Positions 36,714 through 46,457 of a stretch of DNA of 57,757 nt are shown here, one piece after another. Source of the stretch: an uncultured Gammaproteobacteria bacterium (GTDB lineage Bacteria > Patescibacteriota > Microgenomatia > Levybacterales > UBA12049); assembly GCA_964424775.1 (NCBI GenBank), contig CAYRJZ010000006.1, positions 1 to 57,757 on the forward strand, read 5' to 3'. Made by a program: the position numbers and the translations under genes. The notes beneath the pieces are model-generated. The model did no database searches. It had not been told where the DNA came from and saw only the letters and a list, made by a program, of their open reading frames with translations. Every line of letters starts with the position of its first letter. Within the stretch, counting starts at the first letter, position 1.

Positions 36714-37064
36714 CTATGAGGAGGTTCGGTCAGGAAGTCGTGGATGACGGAATTTAAAACGATCGGGATATCGAAGGCCTTGGATTATTCCTCCGACTGC
36801 TACACCTGCAGCTGCTTTTGCGGTTGTGTAGTGCATAATATTGTCATAGACGAGAACTGTACCAACGATAAGAACTGATAAATAGAACCAATGATGAAAC
36901 CAATACGTCTTTGTTCGACTGTGAATTCTAAAATTTGGAGTAAACTCAATATTTTTGTATTTGATACAGGGGAGTCTTTTTTTATTTTTTGAAGGATGTG
37001 AGAATTGAAGTGACAAGTAATATCCAGCAAGTAGGGCAATTGAAAAAAGAAGAATCGTCTGCAT
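36714..37064 (-). CDS. Hypothetical membrane protein
   Basis: 116-aa ORF with hydrophobic segments and a WFHHW motif. Confidence 0.55.
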   Translation of the reverse strand: MQTILLFSIALLAGYYLSLQFSHPSKNKKRLPCIKYKNIEFTPNFRIHSRTKTYWFHHWFYLSVLIVGTVLVYDNIMHYTTAKAAAGVAVGGIIQGLRYPDRFKFRHPRLPDRTSS

Positions 37065-37146
37065 ACAAAAATCTTATTAGTCTCTTACTTTTTTGTTACA
37101 TTACCATCGTAGAAAAATGAGCAGCTTTTGTCAAGCAGAACGGGAG

Positions 37147-37890
37147 TTATTCACGAACATCCCTAAAAGTATGTGTGCCATTCTTCCGTAAGAAAAATCG
37201 CGAAAATACTTGTGGGACATAATCCCAAAGACCACGTAGTAGACCATCTTTATATCTTCTACCCGAAATTTTAACTGAGATATTTTTACTAATAACAACT
37301 TTCCCAATTTTTCTTAACTTCGTTGATAGATCAATATCTTCTCCCATATGAAGGTTCGTTGCAAATCCGCCTGTTTTCATGAAAGCATCCTTCTTTATTG
37401 CCATATTAAATCCAGATAAATTCCACCCACCTGAAAAAATTTTGTCAACTACGAGAAATGGATAAAAAAGATACTTTGATGCAAAGCGAGCAGAAGGTGG
37501 TCCTGAATAAAATTCACCCAGGCCACCAACGGCAACAATTTTTGGATCCCGACTGAACTCTTTTATAATATTACTTATCCAGTTCTTTGGATGTATAGTA
37601 TCAGCATCTGTTGAGATAATGATATCTCCTTTTGCTTCAGTAAAACCAAGTTGTCTTGCGTGAGCGACACCTTTATTTTTTTCAGAAAGCACTCTTACTC
37701 CAAACTCTCGCGCAACTTCTTTTGTGTTATCAGTTGAATTGTTGTCAACGACAAGTACTTCAAAGGGAGAATAATCTTGTTTGAGGACAGACTCAATTGT
37801 CTTACTTACACCTTTCTCCTCATTATATGCGGGGATAACAATACTGACCAAAGGTGAGGATTTAATAGAATTTTTTTCCATCTTATTCAA
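37147..37890 (-). CDS. Glycosyltransferase family 2
   Basis: VSIVIPAYNEE, VVDNNSTD, DAD and GED motifs. Confidence 0.93.
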   Translation of the reverse strand: MNKMEKNSIKSSPLVSIVIPAYNEEKGVSKTIESVLKQDYSPFEVLVVDNNSTDNTKEVAREFGVRVLSEKNKGVAHARQLGFTEAKGDIIISTDADTIHPKNWISNIIKEFSRDPKIVAVGGLGEFYSGPPSARFASKYLFYPFLVVDKIFSGGWNLSGFNMAIKKDAFMKTGGFATNLHMGEDIDLSTKLRKIGKVVISKNISVKISGRRYKDGLLRGLWDYVPQVFSRFFLRKNGTHTFRDVRE

Positions 37891-39085
37891 ATTGCAACAA
37901 ATATTTTTTCAGTCTTCTAAAAGGAAAATCAATATTCTTTGAATTTTTCTTGATAAGATCACTATATGTTTTTTCAAGTCTTTTGGCAATTTCCATAACT
38001 GAATAATTCTGGGCTTTTTTCTGTGCATTTACTCCCATAATTTTTCTTTTCTTCTCATTTTGAAGCAAGAGATTAACAGCTTGAGCAAATTTTTCCTCTT
38101 TACCACTGACAAGATATCCTGTTTTACCGTTTTTAACGATTTCAACATATGCATCATCATAGATTGAAACAACTGGAAGGCCTGATGCCATAGCTTCAAG
38201 AATAACCATCCCTTGGGTTTCAGAAGTCGAGGCAAAAAGAAAGACGTCTCCATCAGCGTACACTTTTGGAATGAGATGTTGTTTGACAAAACCTGTAAAA
38301 AATACCTTTTCATTCACTCCACACTCCTCTGCAATATGGAGAAGTCTTTTTCGCTCAGAGTCAGTACCATCTCCAACTATTACAAAAACAGCAGTTGAGT
38401 CTTTTAAAGCAATATCTTTAAATGACCGTATTAGAAAATCAATTGATTTTTCTTTGCCAATTCTCCCAACGTAAAGAAGTACCTTTTTTTCTGAGCTTAA
38501 ATTCAAAAGCTGATGGAGATAACCTTTTTCTTGATTATGAAATCTCTCTGTCTCAATCCCATTTGGAATAACATGAATTGGCTTATCTATTCCATAATCC
38601 TGAAGTTCTTTTTCTACTTTTCGTGTTGGAACAATAAGCATGTCACATAAATTTCCAAATATTCGACTCGCAATTTCAGCCATACGAGGTCTTATAACTT
38701 TCCCCCGGAGTATATAATGCGTGTATTGATTCCAGAGTGTATGGTATGTCACAACGAAAGGAACTCTTTTCAATCGTGAAACTTCCCATCCAAGAAGTGT
38801 AATTGGCCCACCAGAATGGCCATGGATAATATCAAAATCAATACGTGAGGCAGCAATGAGTGCTCTATTGGGAAGAAAAGTTGCCAAACGATAATCAGGT
38901 TGTTTAGTTAATTGAAGCGAGGGAATACGTATAACATTCTTTTCATCTTTATACCCAGGATATTTCGGCGCAACGATGTACACCTCGTGCCCAAGTTTCT
39001 CTAAGGCCTTTGCAGAGGATTCAACTGATACAGCCACGCCGTTGATCTGCGGAAGATAACCATCAGTAAAAAAACCTATTTTCAC
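37883..39085 (-). CDS. Glycosyltransferase family 4 (diacylglycerol glucosyltransferase-like)
   Basis: MKIGFFTDGYLPQINGV, YVGRIGKEK and ETQGMVILEAMASG motifs. Confidence 0.92.
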   Translation of the reverse strand: MKIGFFTDGYLPQINGVAVSVESSAKALEKLGHEVYIVAPKYPGYKDEKNVIRIPSLQLTKQPDYRLATFLPNRALIAASRIDFDIIHGHSGGPITLLGWEVSRLKRVPFVVTYHTLWNQYTHYILRGKVIRPRMAEIASRIFGNLCDMLIVPTRKVEKELQDYGIDKPIHVIPNGIETERFHNQEKGYLHQLLNLSSEKKVLLYVGRIGKEKSIDFLIRSFKDIALKDSTAVFVIVGDGTDSERKRLLHIAEECGVNEKVFFTGFVKQHLIPKVYADGDVFLFASTSETQGMVILEAMASGLPVVSIYDDAYVEIVKNGKTGYLVSGKEEKFAQAVNLLLQNEKKRKIMGVNAQKKAQNYSVMEIAKRLEKTYSDLIKKNSKNIDFPFRRLKKYLLQFE

Positions 39086-39190
39086 TCAGTTATTATATCA
39101 GTAGATGGGTTTGGAGAATAGTTGAGCTCACTTATCCACCTCTTACAAAATAATTCATCAATTCTTATGAGAATTTACTTTACTAAATAT

Positions 39191-39448
39191 ATGACAATAG
39201 TTATATGGATGATTTTCGGTACACTTAATGCAGTTATTTTGTATCTTCTTGAACCCAAAAAAGGAAGAGGTGAGCTTGGACCAAGTGTCCTACTTGGTAT
39301 GAGCGGAGCACTACTAGGTGGATTTTCTGCCTATCTTCTTCTTGGAAGAGATGCAATTCAACTAAATATGTCTCTCATAGGGCTTTTAGCTCTGGAAACT
39401 TGTCTTGCAGCTTTTATGCTCTCTCAAAAAGCATTTAAGAAGATCTAG
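39191..39448 (+). CDS. GlsB/YeaQ/YmgE (transglycosylase-associated) family small membrane protein
   Basis: WMIFG...LLGMSGALLGG pattern; start ATG 39191. Confidence 0.65.
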   Translation: MTIVIWMIFGTLNAVILYLLEPKKGRGELGPSVLLGMSGALLGGFSAYLLLGRDAIQLNMSLIGLLALETCLAAFMLSQKAFKKI

Positions 39449-39800
39449 TGGAAATTACTTCGCCTTCAATTGTCTTTTTATCAGTTTCTAAAAACTTTTC
39501 AAGAATATCCATATTTTTACTATTAGCCTTATAAACAAAATCACTTATATCTCCAACGATAGGGAATAGCCCCAAGACAAAATCAATCATGATATTGCGA
39601 GTCATACGAGCAATTTCTTTCTCAGGAAGTTTAAGCTGTGTAGCAATCCATAAAATATACCCTGAAAGAATTAACCCTATTGCATCTCCAATCCAGGGAA
39701 AAATGCCAAGCAGGGGATCGAGCCCAAAACTAAAGTTACCAATTCTAAACTGTTTATCAAGAAGCTTCGTTAAAGCTCTTGCAATAGTGATGTGATTCAT
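39435..39800 (-). CDS. DUF4112 family protein
   Basis: LLDKQFRIG..FGLDPLLGIFPWIGD and GDISDF..KAN.KN motifs. Confidence 0.88.
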   Translation of the reverse strand: MNHITIARALTKLLDKQFRIGNFSFGLDPLLGIFPWIGDAIGLILSGYILWIATQLKLPEKEIARMTRNIMIDFVLGLFPIVGDISDFVYKANSKNMDILEKFLETDKKTIEGEVISTRSS

Positions 39801-40014
39801 CAGAAAATTGTATAGCTGTTTGTTTTACAAAGCAAGCTCATCAATAGATTGATGACTCAAGCTAAACAATACTTTCTTACTTGATTTTTACAAATCTTTT
39901 TTCAATAATGGTCATATGATACCTTTTATGGTAGGACTCTTATTCGTCCTTGCCTTTAATCTTCTCATCTCTCGTTAAGACACATTTATCTTTCTCTACT
40001 CAATTGAGGGAAAG

Positions 40015-40488
40015 TTAACTATTAAAGGGGTAATACTCTAGGGAATAGTCTAAAAGTGTATCCTTTTGGTATGAAAATTTCCCTGAAAAAAATCCTTCTC
40101 TCCCAAGGAAAGGGAGAAAGTACTTATCTCCTTCCCACAAAGGCAAATCCACTATTTTCTCATTTCGTATCCATTCAAGATTTCCTTCCAATGACTCAAT
40201 AAGCTCACCTTCAAATTCAGTTATTAGAAAAACAAATACATACCAGTCATCATCGCCACTGAGCTTTGGAAATGTTAAGAATCCCTTTAGCTGGAGCTTT
40301 TTTACAGTAAGTCCTGTTTCTTCTTTTACTTCCCGAACTGCGCATTCTTCAGGTGATTCACCTGGTTCAAATTTTCCACCAATTCCGTTCCACTTTCCTT
40401 CATGAATGTCGTTTTCTTTTTTTACTCTATGTAACATGAGTGTAAAATCCTCTTTTTGTATATAACAAAGGGTGGCGAGCTTTAACAT
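40015..40488 (-). CDS. Nudix 8-oxo-dGTP diphosphatase (MutT/MTH1-like)
   Basis: Nudix box GGKFEPGESPEECAVREVKEETGL; PLWEGD. Confidence 0.92.
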   Translation of the reverse strand: MLKLATLCYIQKEDFTLMLHRVKKENDIHEGKWNGIGGKFEPGESPEECAVREVKEETGLTVKKLQLKGFLTFPKLSGDDDWYVFVFLITEFEGELIESLEGNLEWIRNEKIVDLPLWEGDKYFLPFLGREGFFSGKFSYQKDTLLDYSLEYYPFNS

Positions 40489-40541
40489 GAAGCAATTGTA
40501 GACTATTGCAAACTTTTTTTAAATCTGTTTAACTATTTTTA

Positions 40542-40634
40542 ACATAAAGAGTTCCACTACTTAGTGGACAGCAACCGGCATAACGCGGTGCTCTCGTCGG
40601 AAGGACGTATGTGACTGAAACAACAGTATATTAT
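40542..40634 (+). ncRNA. SAM-I/IV-type riboswitch aptamer
   Basis: P1 ACAUA/UAUGU, J1/2 AAGAG, P3 AGCAACC/GGUGCU, P5 ACUG/CAGU, possible PK2 AUAA/UUAU; directly upstream of metK. Confidence 0.75.
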
Positions 40635-40635
40635 C

Positions 40636-40660
40636 AACCTTCCATATGGAAGGTTTTTTT
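40636..40660 (+). terminator. Riboswitch expression-platform terminator
   Basis: AACCTTCC-ATAT-GGAAGGTT plus T tract ending immediately before ATG 40661. Confidence 0.8.
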
Positions 40661-41770
40661 ATGAAAAATAAAACAACATTTACGTCTGAATCTGTGTGTG
40701 CAGGACACCCAGATAAAATTTGTGATCAAATTAGTGATGCAATTGTTGATGCAGTTTTGGCACAAGATCCTTTTGGCCGAGTTGCTCTCGAAAGCCTTGC
40801 TGCTAATAATCATATTGTCTTAGCAGGTGAGGTAACTTCTACTGCACACATAAACTTTGAGGAAATTGCACGTTCGGAAATAAAAAGACTCGGATATGTC
40901 GATCCCGAGTCTGGATTTAGTTATAGATCGCCTCTAGAAAATTATGTTCATGAACAATCACCTGAAATTGCACGTGGAGTTAAGAAAAAAGGAGCGGGAG
41001 ATCAAGGTATGATGTTTGGTTTTGCATGCACAGAGACAAATTCACTGATGCCACTTCCCATAACTCTCGCACACGAACTTGCAAAAACAATAGACAAAGT
41101 AAGAGAAGACAAGACCCTTTCATATCTTCGACCTGATGGAAAAAGTCAGGTAACAGTTGCTTATGAGAATGGCAAACCAGTAGAAGTTACGAAAGTAGTT
41201 GTAGCCGTACCTCATAATGAAAGTATTTCTCTTGAGCGCGTAAAGAGGGATCTTTACAAGTATGTCATTACTCCTGTTCTCAAAGAAGAAGGCTTTCATA
41301 TAAGTGAAAACGACATTACAGTTAATGGAACAGGGGTCTGGCATAAGGGAGGTCCTGCTTCTGACTCAGGGCTCACAGGACGAAAAATTGTCGTAGATAC
41401 GTATGGAGGATATGCACGAGTGGGTGGGGGAGCGTTCAGCGGAAAAGATCCTACAAAAGTAGATCGCTCAGGTGCCTATGCAGCCCGCTTCCTGGCAAAA
41501 AATCTTGTAGCACATGGACTTTGTGAAAAAGCGGAAGTTCGTCTTGCATATGCAATTGGCATTCGCAAACCGTTAATGCAGGATATAGAGACATTTAACA
41601 CTGAAAAAGTAAGTAAAAAAGCACTCTTAGATTTTATGAAGAAACTGCTGGACACATCTGTTGAAGGGATAATTGATGGACTTGATTTGAGGCGTCCGCT
41701 CTATAAAAGTACCGCAGCCTATGGTCACTTCGGAAAAAAAGGCCTTCCTTGGGAAAAAATTGTAAAATAA
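40661..41770 (+). CDS. metK: S-adenosylmethionine synthetase
   Basis: FTSESV..GHPDK, GAGDQG, LRPDGKSQV and GGGAFSGKDPTKVDRS motifs. Confidence 0.97.
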   Translation: MKNKTTFTSESVCAGHPDKICDQISDAIVDAVLAQDPFGRVALESLAANNHIVLAGEVTSTAHINFEEIARSEIKRLGYVDPESGFSYRSPLENYVHEQSPEIARGVKKKGAGDQGMMFGFACTETNSLMPLPITLAHELAKTIDKVREDKTLSYLRPDGKSQVTVAYENGKPVEVTKVVVAVPHNESISLERVKRDLYKYVITPVLKEEGFHISENDITVNGTGVWHKGGPASDSGLTGRKIVVDTYGGYARVGGGAFSGKDPTKVDRSGAYAARFLAKNLVAHGLCEKAEVRLAYAIGIRKPLMQDIETFNTEKVSKKALLDFMKKLLDTSVEGIIDGLDLRRPLYKSTAAYGHFGKKGLPWEKIVK

Positions 41771-41802
41771 AATAGGTAGAAAATTTACTTCCTACCTATT
41801 TC
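41771..41802. terminator. Bidirectional terminator
   Basis: AAATAGGTAG...CTACCTATTT between convergent genes. Confidence 0.7.
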
Positions 41803-41823
41803 AGTTATACAAAATACTATCTG

Positions 41824-41955
41824 TTATTCAGTGTCACTTGTGTCATTGTCCAACTCAGGGAAGTTGTCTTCATGAAGACCTTCACTATAATCACTCATGC
41901 CACCTTTTTCACCAATATCTGATGATTCTTGACTATTCTTTTGTTTATCGTCCAT
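41824..41955 (-). CDS. Unannotated 43-aa acidic peptide (MDDKQKNSQESSDIGEKGGMSD...), KGG-like
   Basis: SD AGAAAGGGGGTG upstream; IGEKGG resembles the stress-protein KGG motif. Confidence 0.6.
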   Translation of the reverse strand: MDDKQKNSQESSDIGEKGGMSDYSEGLHEDNFPELDNDTSDTE

Positions 41956-42039
41956 ATTTCCACCCCCTTTCTGACACTGTGAGGATAGCTAATAAGCATA
42001 AGAATAGAAAAAAACAGGGGTAAGAAAAATGCTAGAAAA

Positions 42040-42339
42040 TTACTTTACAACTTGTTTAAGGAGCTTGGAAGTTTCTTCTTCTGATTCTTCAATTGTCATA
42101 CCTTGTGACTGTGCAGCTTCATCCATGAGTTCATTTAATTGAGACTCTTTTTCAGGATCGCTTTTTTCTCCAGTCAAAAGTGCCAGAGTAAGTTTACGAG
42201 CTTCATCAACTGACATCTCCCATTTATCTGCTAATTTAGCAAAGGTTTTATCAGTAATTGATTTTCCTTCAGGTTCGGCAAGAGCGTGTCCAACGCCCAT
42301 ATCATCATCTGTTAATCCACATCCGCAGTTATAACACAT
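42040..42339 (-). CDS. Small acidic protein with N-terminal CxxCxC
   Basis: MCYNCGCG start; SD-like AAGGGG upstream. Confidence 0.65.
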   Translation of the reverse strand: MCYNCGCGLTDDDMGVGHALAEPEGKSITDKTFAKLADKWEMSVDEARKLTLALLTGEKSDPEKESQLNELMDEAAQSQGMTIEESEEETSKLLKQVVK

Positions 42340-42401
42340 ATATTCCCCTTACGTAAGAAAGAATAAACTTTTTTTTATAAATATTCAAGCCTTATCTGTC
42401 T

Positions 42402-43049
42402 TTACGGCTTCCAACCTTCATACGCATAATAGTTACCCTCCCGCTCAACACAGACAAAAGGTGTGTCTTTCCTCATATTTTCAGCATGCCCACTAGAATT
42501 CTTCCACATTGTCACGACTTGCTTGTAATCTGACGTCATAGCAATATTCTCTGTAATACTTGAGTAAGATGGATAGGGGAGAGTTTTATTATTAATGCGA
42601 TCTCTAAATCCGTCATGATTAAATGACGTCGCTATCTCCTTGGCACGCGTTTTGGCAAAAGCACATGTACTTGAATGAGTCTTTACAATAGACAACCCTT
42701 GGGACCTTCTATACTCATTTATTTCACTCATTATAAAATCTTGAAATGACAAAGAAGATGTCATAGTGAGAGAAGGAGTAGCCTGGATAGTAGGCACCTT
42801 TGTAGGAATGAGTGTAGGAGTTTTAATCGGTTTTAGTGTTGGGGTGGGGGTCCGTATTGGTCGAAGCGTAGGTGTAGGAGTTTGTGTTGGTGTAGGGATC
42901 ATCCTTTTACTTCTTGTTCGATGAGCTGCTTCAGCTTGCGAAATAGAAGGAGACAGAGGAGAACGAGACTCAAGCAGAATATAAAAAATCATTCCGCTTA
43001 AAACAGATAAGAGAATAGGAAAAAGAAATACTGGGAGGTACTTCTGCAT
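42402..43049 (-). CDS. CAP/SCP domain protein with Pro/Thr linker
   Basis: INEYRRSQGL, FNHDGF, ENIA, WKNSSGHAENM motifs. Confidence 0.88.
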   Translation of the reverse strand: MQKYLPVFLFPILLSVLSGMIFYILLESRSPLSPSISQAEAAHRTRSKRMIPTPTQTPTPTLRPIRTPTPTLKPIKTPTLIPTKVPTIQATPSLTMTSSLSFQDFIMSEINEYRRSQGLSIVKTHSSTCAFAKTRAKEIATSFNHDGFRDRINNKTLPYPSYSSITENIAMTSDYKQVVTMWKNSSGHAENMRKDTPFVCVEREGNYYAYEGWKP

Positions 43050-43099
43050 TGGAAACTAGAATACGAAAGATAAGATTGGTTTGTCAAGCTCTTCAATTA

Positions 43100-44194
43100 C
43101 TACTGTGCGTATCTTGCTCGTAATACATCCATGCTTCTTCTTGTGATCTCAGGGTAGGGGAATGTTGCACCATCCTTTTCATTTCTTACTTGAGGTTGTA
43201 TTTCTATTGGTACCCCCCTTATTTTAAACCAGTCTGTAACATGTCGGACTAGTGATATTTCAGCAGATGCCCCACCTGATACACCAACTCTCCTTATATC
43301 ATCAGTAAACCACTCTCTTTGTATCTCAGCGCCTGTGTTAATTAAATGTGATGGAACCCCCAAGCTCTCACCAATTCTTGCAAGCATTTTTGAGTTATGA
43401 CTACTTTGTGAACCGACAACTAAAAGTGCATTGGCTTTACCTTCTGTAACGAGTTGTTCAACAGCTTCCTGTCTGTTTGTCGTTGCATAACACAGATTAC
43501 CTTCCTCTTCATTATTACCACGTCTCGCTGCCACTTCAATATCTGGACGCGCAGCACGAATCGCACGAATTCTGTCCCTCGTGTCATATTTGCCAAGAGT
43601 TGTTTGAGTGACTATTGCGATATTATCTCCCTCCACATTTGGAATTGTTTGCGCATCACTTTCCTCAAAAATGACATGCACCTGTCCATTTCCACTTTCT
43701 TCTGCAAATCCTTTGATACTTTCTGTTTCAGGATGATTTCGTGCGCCAATAAGAAGAACAGTTCCCCCTTTTCCTGTTATATCGCGTGCCTTGTCTTGTT
43801 GTGTTTTTACAAGCGGACATGTTGCGTCAAAGACAAGTAGGCCTCTTTCTTCAGCTATTCGATAGTGATCGGGTGTGACACCATGTGCAGAAAAAACAGT
43901 CAAAGCACCATCCGGTACCTGATCAAAATCATTGTTGAAAACACGAACTCCTCTTTCTAAAAAATAATCCATGGATACGTTATTATGAGTTAAGGGATGA
44001 TTTACCCAAATAGGTTCATTTCCTTGTGTCAGATCAAGCATCTCGAGCACAAGCTTATTAGCCATATTCACTCCTGCACAACCAGCAATATTTCCGGCAA
44101 CGAGCACTTTCTCAACAGAGAGAGGTGTCTCATCTTCTAACGGAGGTTTGAGCTCTGGGAGTCTAGGGTAGAGATTTAGTATCTCAGTTCTCAT
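43100..44194 (-). CDS. ispH: 4-hydroxy-3-methylbut-2-enyl diphosphate reductase (LytB)
   Basis: Three Fe-S Cys (GCAGV, DATCPLV, LCYATTNRQ), HN, SAHGV, HPE and SSHNS motifs. Confidence 0.9.
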   Translation of the reverse strand: MRTEILNLYPRLPELKPPLEDETPLSVEKVLVAGNIAGCAGVNMANKLVLEMLDLTQGNEPIWVNHPLTHNNVSMDYFLERGVRVFNNDFDQVPDGALTVFSAHGVTPDHYRIAEERGLLVFDATCPLVKTQQDKARDITGKGGTVLLIGARNHPETESIKGFAEESGNGQVHVIFEESDAQTIPNVEGDNIAIVTQTTLGKYDTRDRIRAIRAARPDIEVAARRGNNEEEGNLCYATTNRQEAVEQLVTEGKANALLVVGSQSSHNSKMLARIGESLGVPSHLINTGAEIQREWFTDDIRRVGVSGGASAEISLVRHVTDWFKIRGVPIEIQPQVRNEKDGATFPYPEITRRSMDVLRARYAQ

Positions 44195-44299
44195 CGCTGA
44201 GATTATAGCAAAATCATACTGAATTTATTACTTATGTGTTCTGTACTATCGTTTCACACAACTCTTACTCCTGCAAATTTTGGTCACCTTCAAATGCAA

Positions 44300-45316
44300 C
44301 TACAACCCTGAATTATTTTGCATTTCTTCAACCGTGAATGGAGTAATGGGTTTTATGAGAAACGTGTTCAAAACTTCAATCATTTTATTAGCAAAAAGAG
44401 CATTAACAGCAGATCCAGGATGAATACCATCATCTAGAAAAATATGATTGGGATTTTCACTAGGGAGAGTATTTTCAAGAACTTTTTCTCCAAGTGCTAT
44501 TTTTTTATCACTTCGATTGCTCTGGAGATCTTCGTAAAATTCATTGATATCAAAGAAAAGTAGCCCTCGCTCTTCAGCTAATTCTTTTAAATCAGCGTTG
44601 ATGTTATTAACAACATCAGTCACTCGTGCTCTTTGGTACGGTAGTGGAAAAGCTATTCTCATTGCAGGGTTTCGGCCCCAGTCAGGAATAGAAACAAGAA
44701 TTATTCTCACATTTCCGCTGTCTTGCAGGATATCGACAGCAGTTTTGATTCGGCTAGCCATCGTATTTATTTTTTCAAATATCTCTCCCTGTGTAAGTTG
44801 TCCTTCGTATATTGCTTCGTATCCATCAGTTGAAATAAAAGGAGCAAAATCATTTGCACCAATATAAATAATGACAACGTTCACTTGACCGCTTTTAATT
44901 TGATCCGCAACTCCCGTATGTTGGCCGCTTTCAATCATACTTAACGTTGTTGCCCCGGTCCGTGCCCAATTATATTCATATCCACTTCTTCGTGGCTCAT
45001 CAAATGTTCCTTGTGAACCAAAAGGAAGACCTCTGTATCTCGCCAGGTGTTCCACCCAGTTTAAAGTAGTCGATGCATATGTAACTCCTCGGCTATCATC
45101 AGTGCGATACTCATCTGACTGACTATCTCCAATGACCGCAATTCCTTTTAACGCAATCGGAGTAGGCTGTGGAGAAGGAGAGAGAAAATCCAACAATTCA
45201 GTCGCTAATCGGGGTTTAAAATAAATAAGTAAGGCTACAAAGACCACTGTTAAAAATGAAGAAAAAAGTATTATAAAAATTGTCTTTATCGTAATTGCTG
45301 TGAAGAATTGCTTCAT
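44300..45316 (-). CDS. Membrane-anchored SGNH/GDSL hydrolase
   Basis: IGDSQSD, GANDF and DGIHP motifs; N-terminal TM. Confidence 0.85.
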   Translation of the reverse strand: MKQFFTAITIKTIFIILFSSFLTVVFVALLIYFKPRLATELLDFLSPSPQPTPIALKGIAVIGDSQSDEYRTDDSRGVTYASTTLNWVEHLARYRGLPFGSQGTFDEPRRSGYEYNWARTGATTLSMIESGQHTGVADQIKSGQVNVVIIYIGANDFAPFISTDGYEAIYEGQLTQGEIFEKINTMASRIKTAVDILQDSGNVRIILVSIPDWGRNPAMRIAFPLPYQRARVTDVVNNINADLKELAEERGLLFFDINEFYEDLQSNRSDKKIALGEKVLENTLPSENPNHIFLDDGIHPGSAVNALFANKMIEVLNTFLIKPITPFTVEEMQNNSGL

Positions 45317-45399
45317 AGTGATATTTTACGCTAAAAAATATAAATAGTCAGTGATCTAATTGACCAGATTGTTATCACCTTTTATAATTTCTCTTCACT

Positions 45400-45870
45400 A
45401 TGAGTGAGTATGCATCAATAGGTCAGAAAATTGTAAGTACAGCCGAACAATATAGAGGAGTAAAATCCGTACCGTATCAAGGACCTGAAGCCGGTATGAG
45501 TCCGGAAAATGGATTTGAGTGTTCAGGGTATGTAACACATGTCTTAAACGAATCAGGCATTTACGTTCCAGAAGGCATTCGACATGTCACTGAGTATTAT
45601 GACCACTTTGGTGAATATGTTCGAGATCCTCTTCCAGGTGATCTCATCTTTTTTTCATACAACGGGCTTGTCCCACGACATATTGGAATTGTCACTGACC
45701 CAGATAAACAAAAATATATCCATGCTCCAGGGAAAAATGATAGTAAGGTAAAAATTTCTCCCTGGACGCAGGGTCCTATTAAAAAACTAGCTGAAGATCC
45801 AATTTATACTGAAAATCCAATAGCGATAAAAAGAGTCGTTATGAAGAGAGGAAAGTGGTACTCACTTTAA
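45400..45870 (+). CDS. NlpC/P60 (C40) cysteine peptidase
   Basis: PY..., GFECSGYV, PGDLIFF, HIGI and YIHA motifs. Confidence 0.88.
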   Translation: MSEYASIGQKIVSTAEQYRGVKSVPYQGPEAGMSPENGFECSGYVTHVLNESGIYVPEGIRHVTEYYDHFGEYVRDPLPGDLIFFSYNGLVPRHIGIVTDPDKQKYIHAPGKNDSKVKISPWTQGPIKKLAEDPIYTENPIAIKRVVMKRGKWYSL

Positions 45871-46395
45871 TTTCACTGATAGAGCAGTATCAGCAAATAC
45901 ACCCGTTTGCCATTTCTCTTTGTCCTGAAGAAGAGTGAGATATCTTCCGCCTTTTGAATCACTTAAAAAGAGGTTGGCGGTAACTAGTACTCCATTTTTC
46001 CTCAAGAGTTTAGCAAAATAGGGGAGAAATTTAAGCTGTGGGGTGTAACCATCAAAAAAAATAAGATCATACTCATCACTCAACTGAGGTAAAATTTCTT
46101 CTGCTTTCCCTTCATAATCTTCAATTTGCTGAGAATAGTGTAATTCATTCCAATATTTTCGAGCTTGTTCAAGGTGTGTGGCATCTTGATCAATAGTCTC
46201 AACAAAAACACCTTGAGATCCCCTCGCAATACAGGCAGCAGTATAACCAAGCGCTGTACCTACCTCAAGTACCCTCACTGGTTGAAGAGCTGTAATGAGT
46301 GTCGTCAAAACATCTCCATACTGATACGGATGACCTCCGCAGTCATGTTCTTTCTGATGTGCAGCTGTAATGTCAAACAACTCCTCAATACTCAT
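45862..46395 (-). CDS. O-methyltransferase-like class I SAM protein
   Basis: VLEVGTALGYTA and YDLIFFDG motifs. Confidence 0.85.
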   Translation of the reverse strand: MSIEELFDITAAHQKEHDCGGHPYQYGDVLTTLITALQPVRVLEVGTALGYTAACIARGSQGVFVETIDQDATHLEQARKYWNELHYSQQIEDYEGKAEEILPQLSDEYDLIFFDGYTPQLKFLPYFAKLLRKNGVLVTANLFLSDSKGGRYLTLLQDKEKWQTGVFADTALSVKLK

Positions 46396-46457
46396 AGTGG
46401 TAGCATTGTAGCATGAGTTCTTACCAGAAATTTACCGAAATGTACTATAATGTATAC

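Noticed and set aside
39838-39978. TCATCAAT-AG-ATTGATGA palindrome and a 20-aa hydrophobic mini-ORF
   Set aside because: No regulator or SD support; cannot be distinguished from chance in AT-rich DNA.
41838-42023. Cys/His-rich 61-aa plus-strand ORF
   Set aside because: Antisense to an SD-led 43-aa ORF and lacks its own initiation signal.
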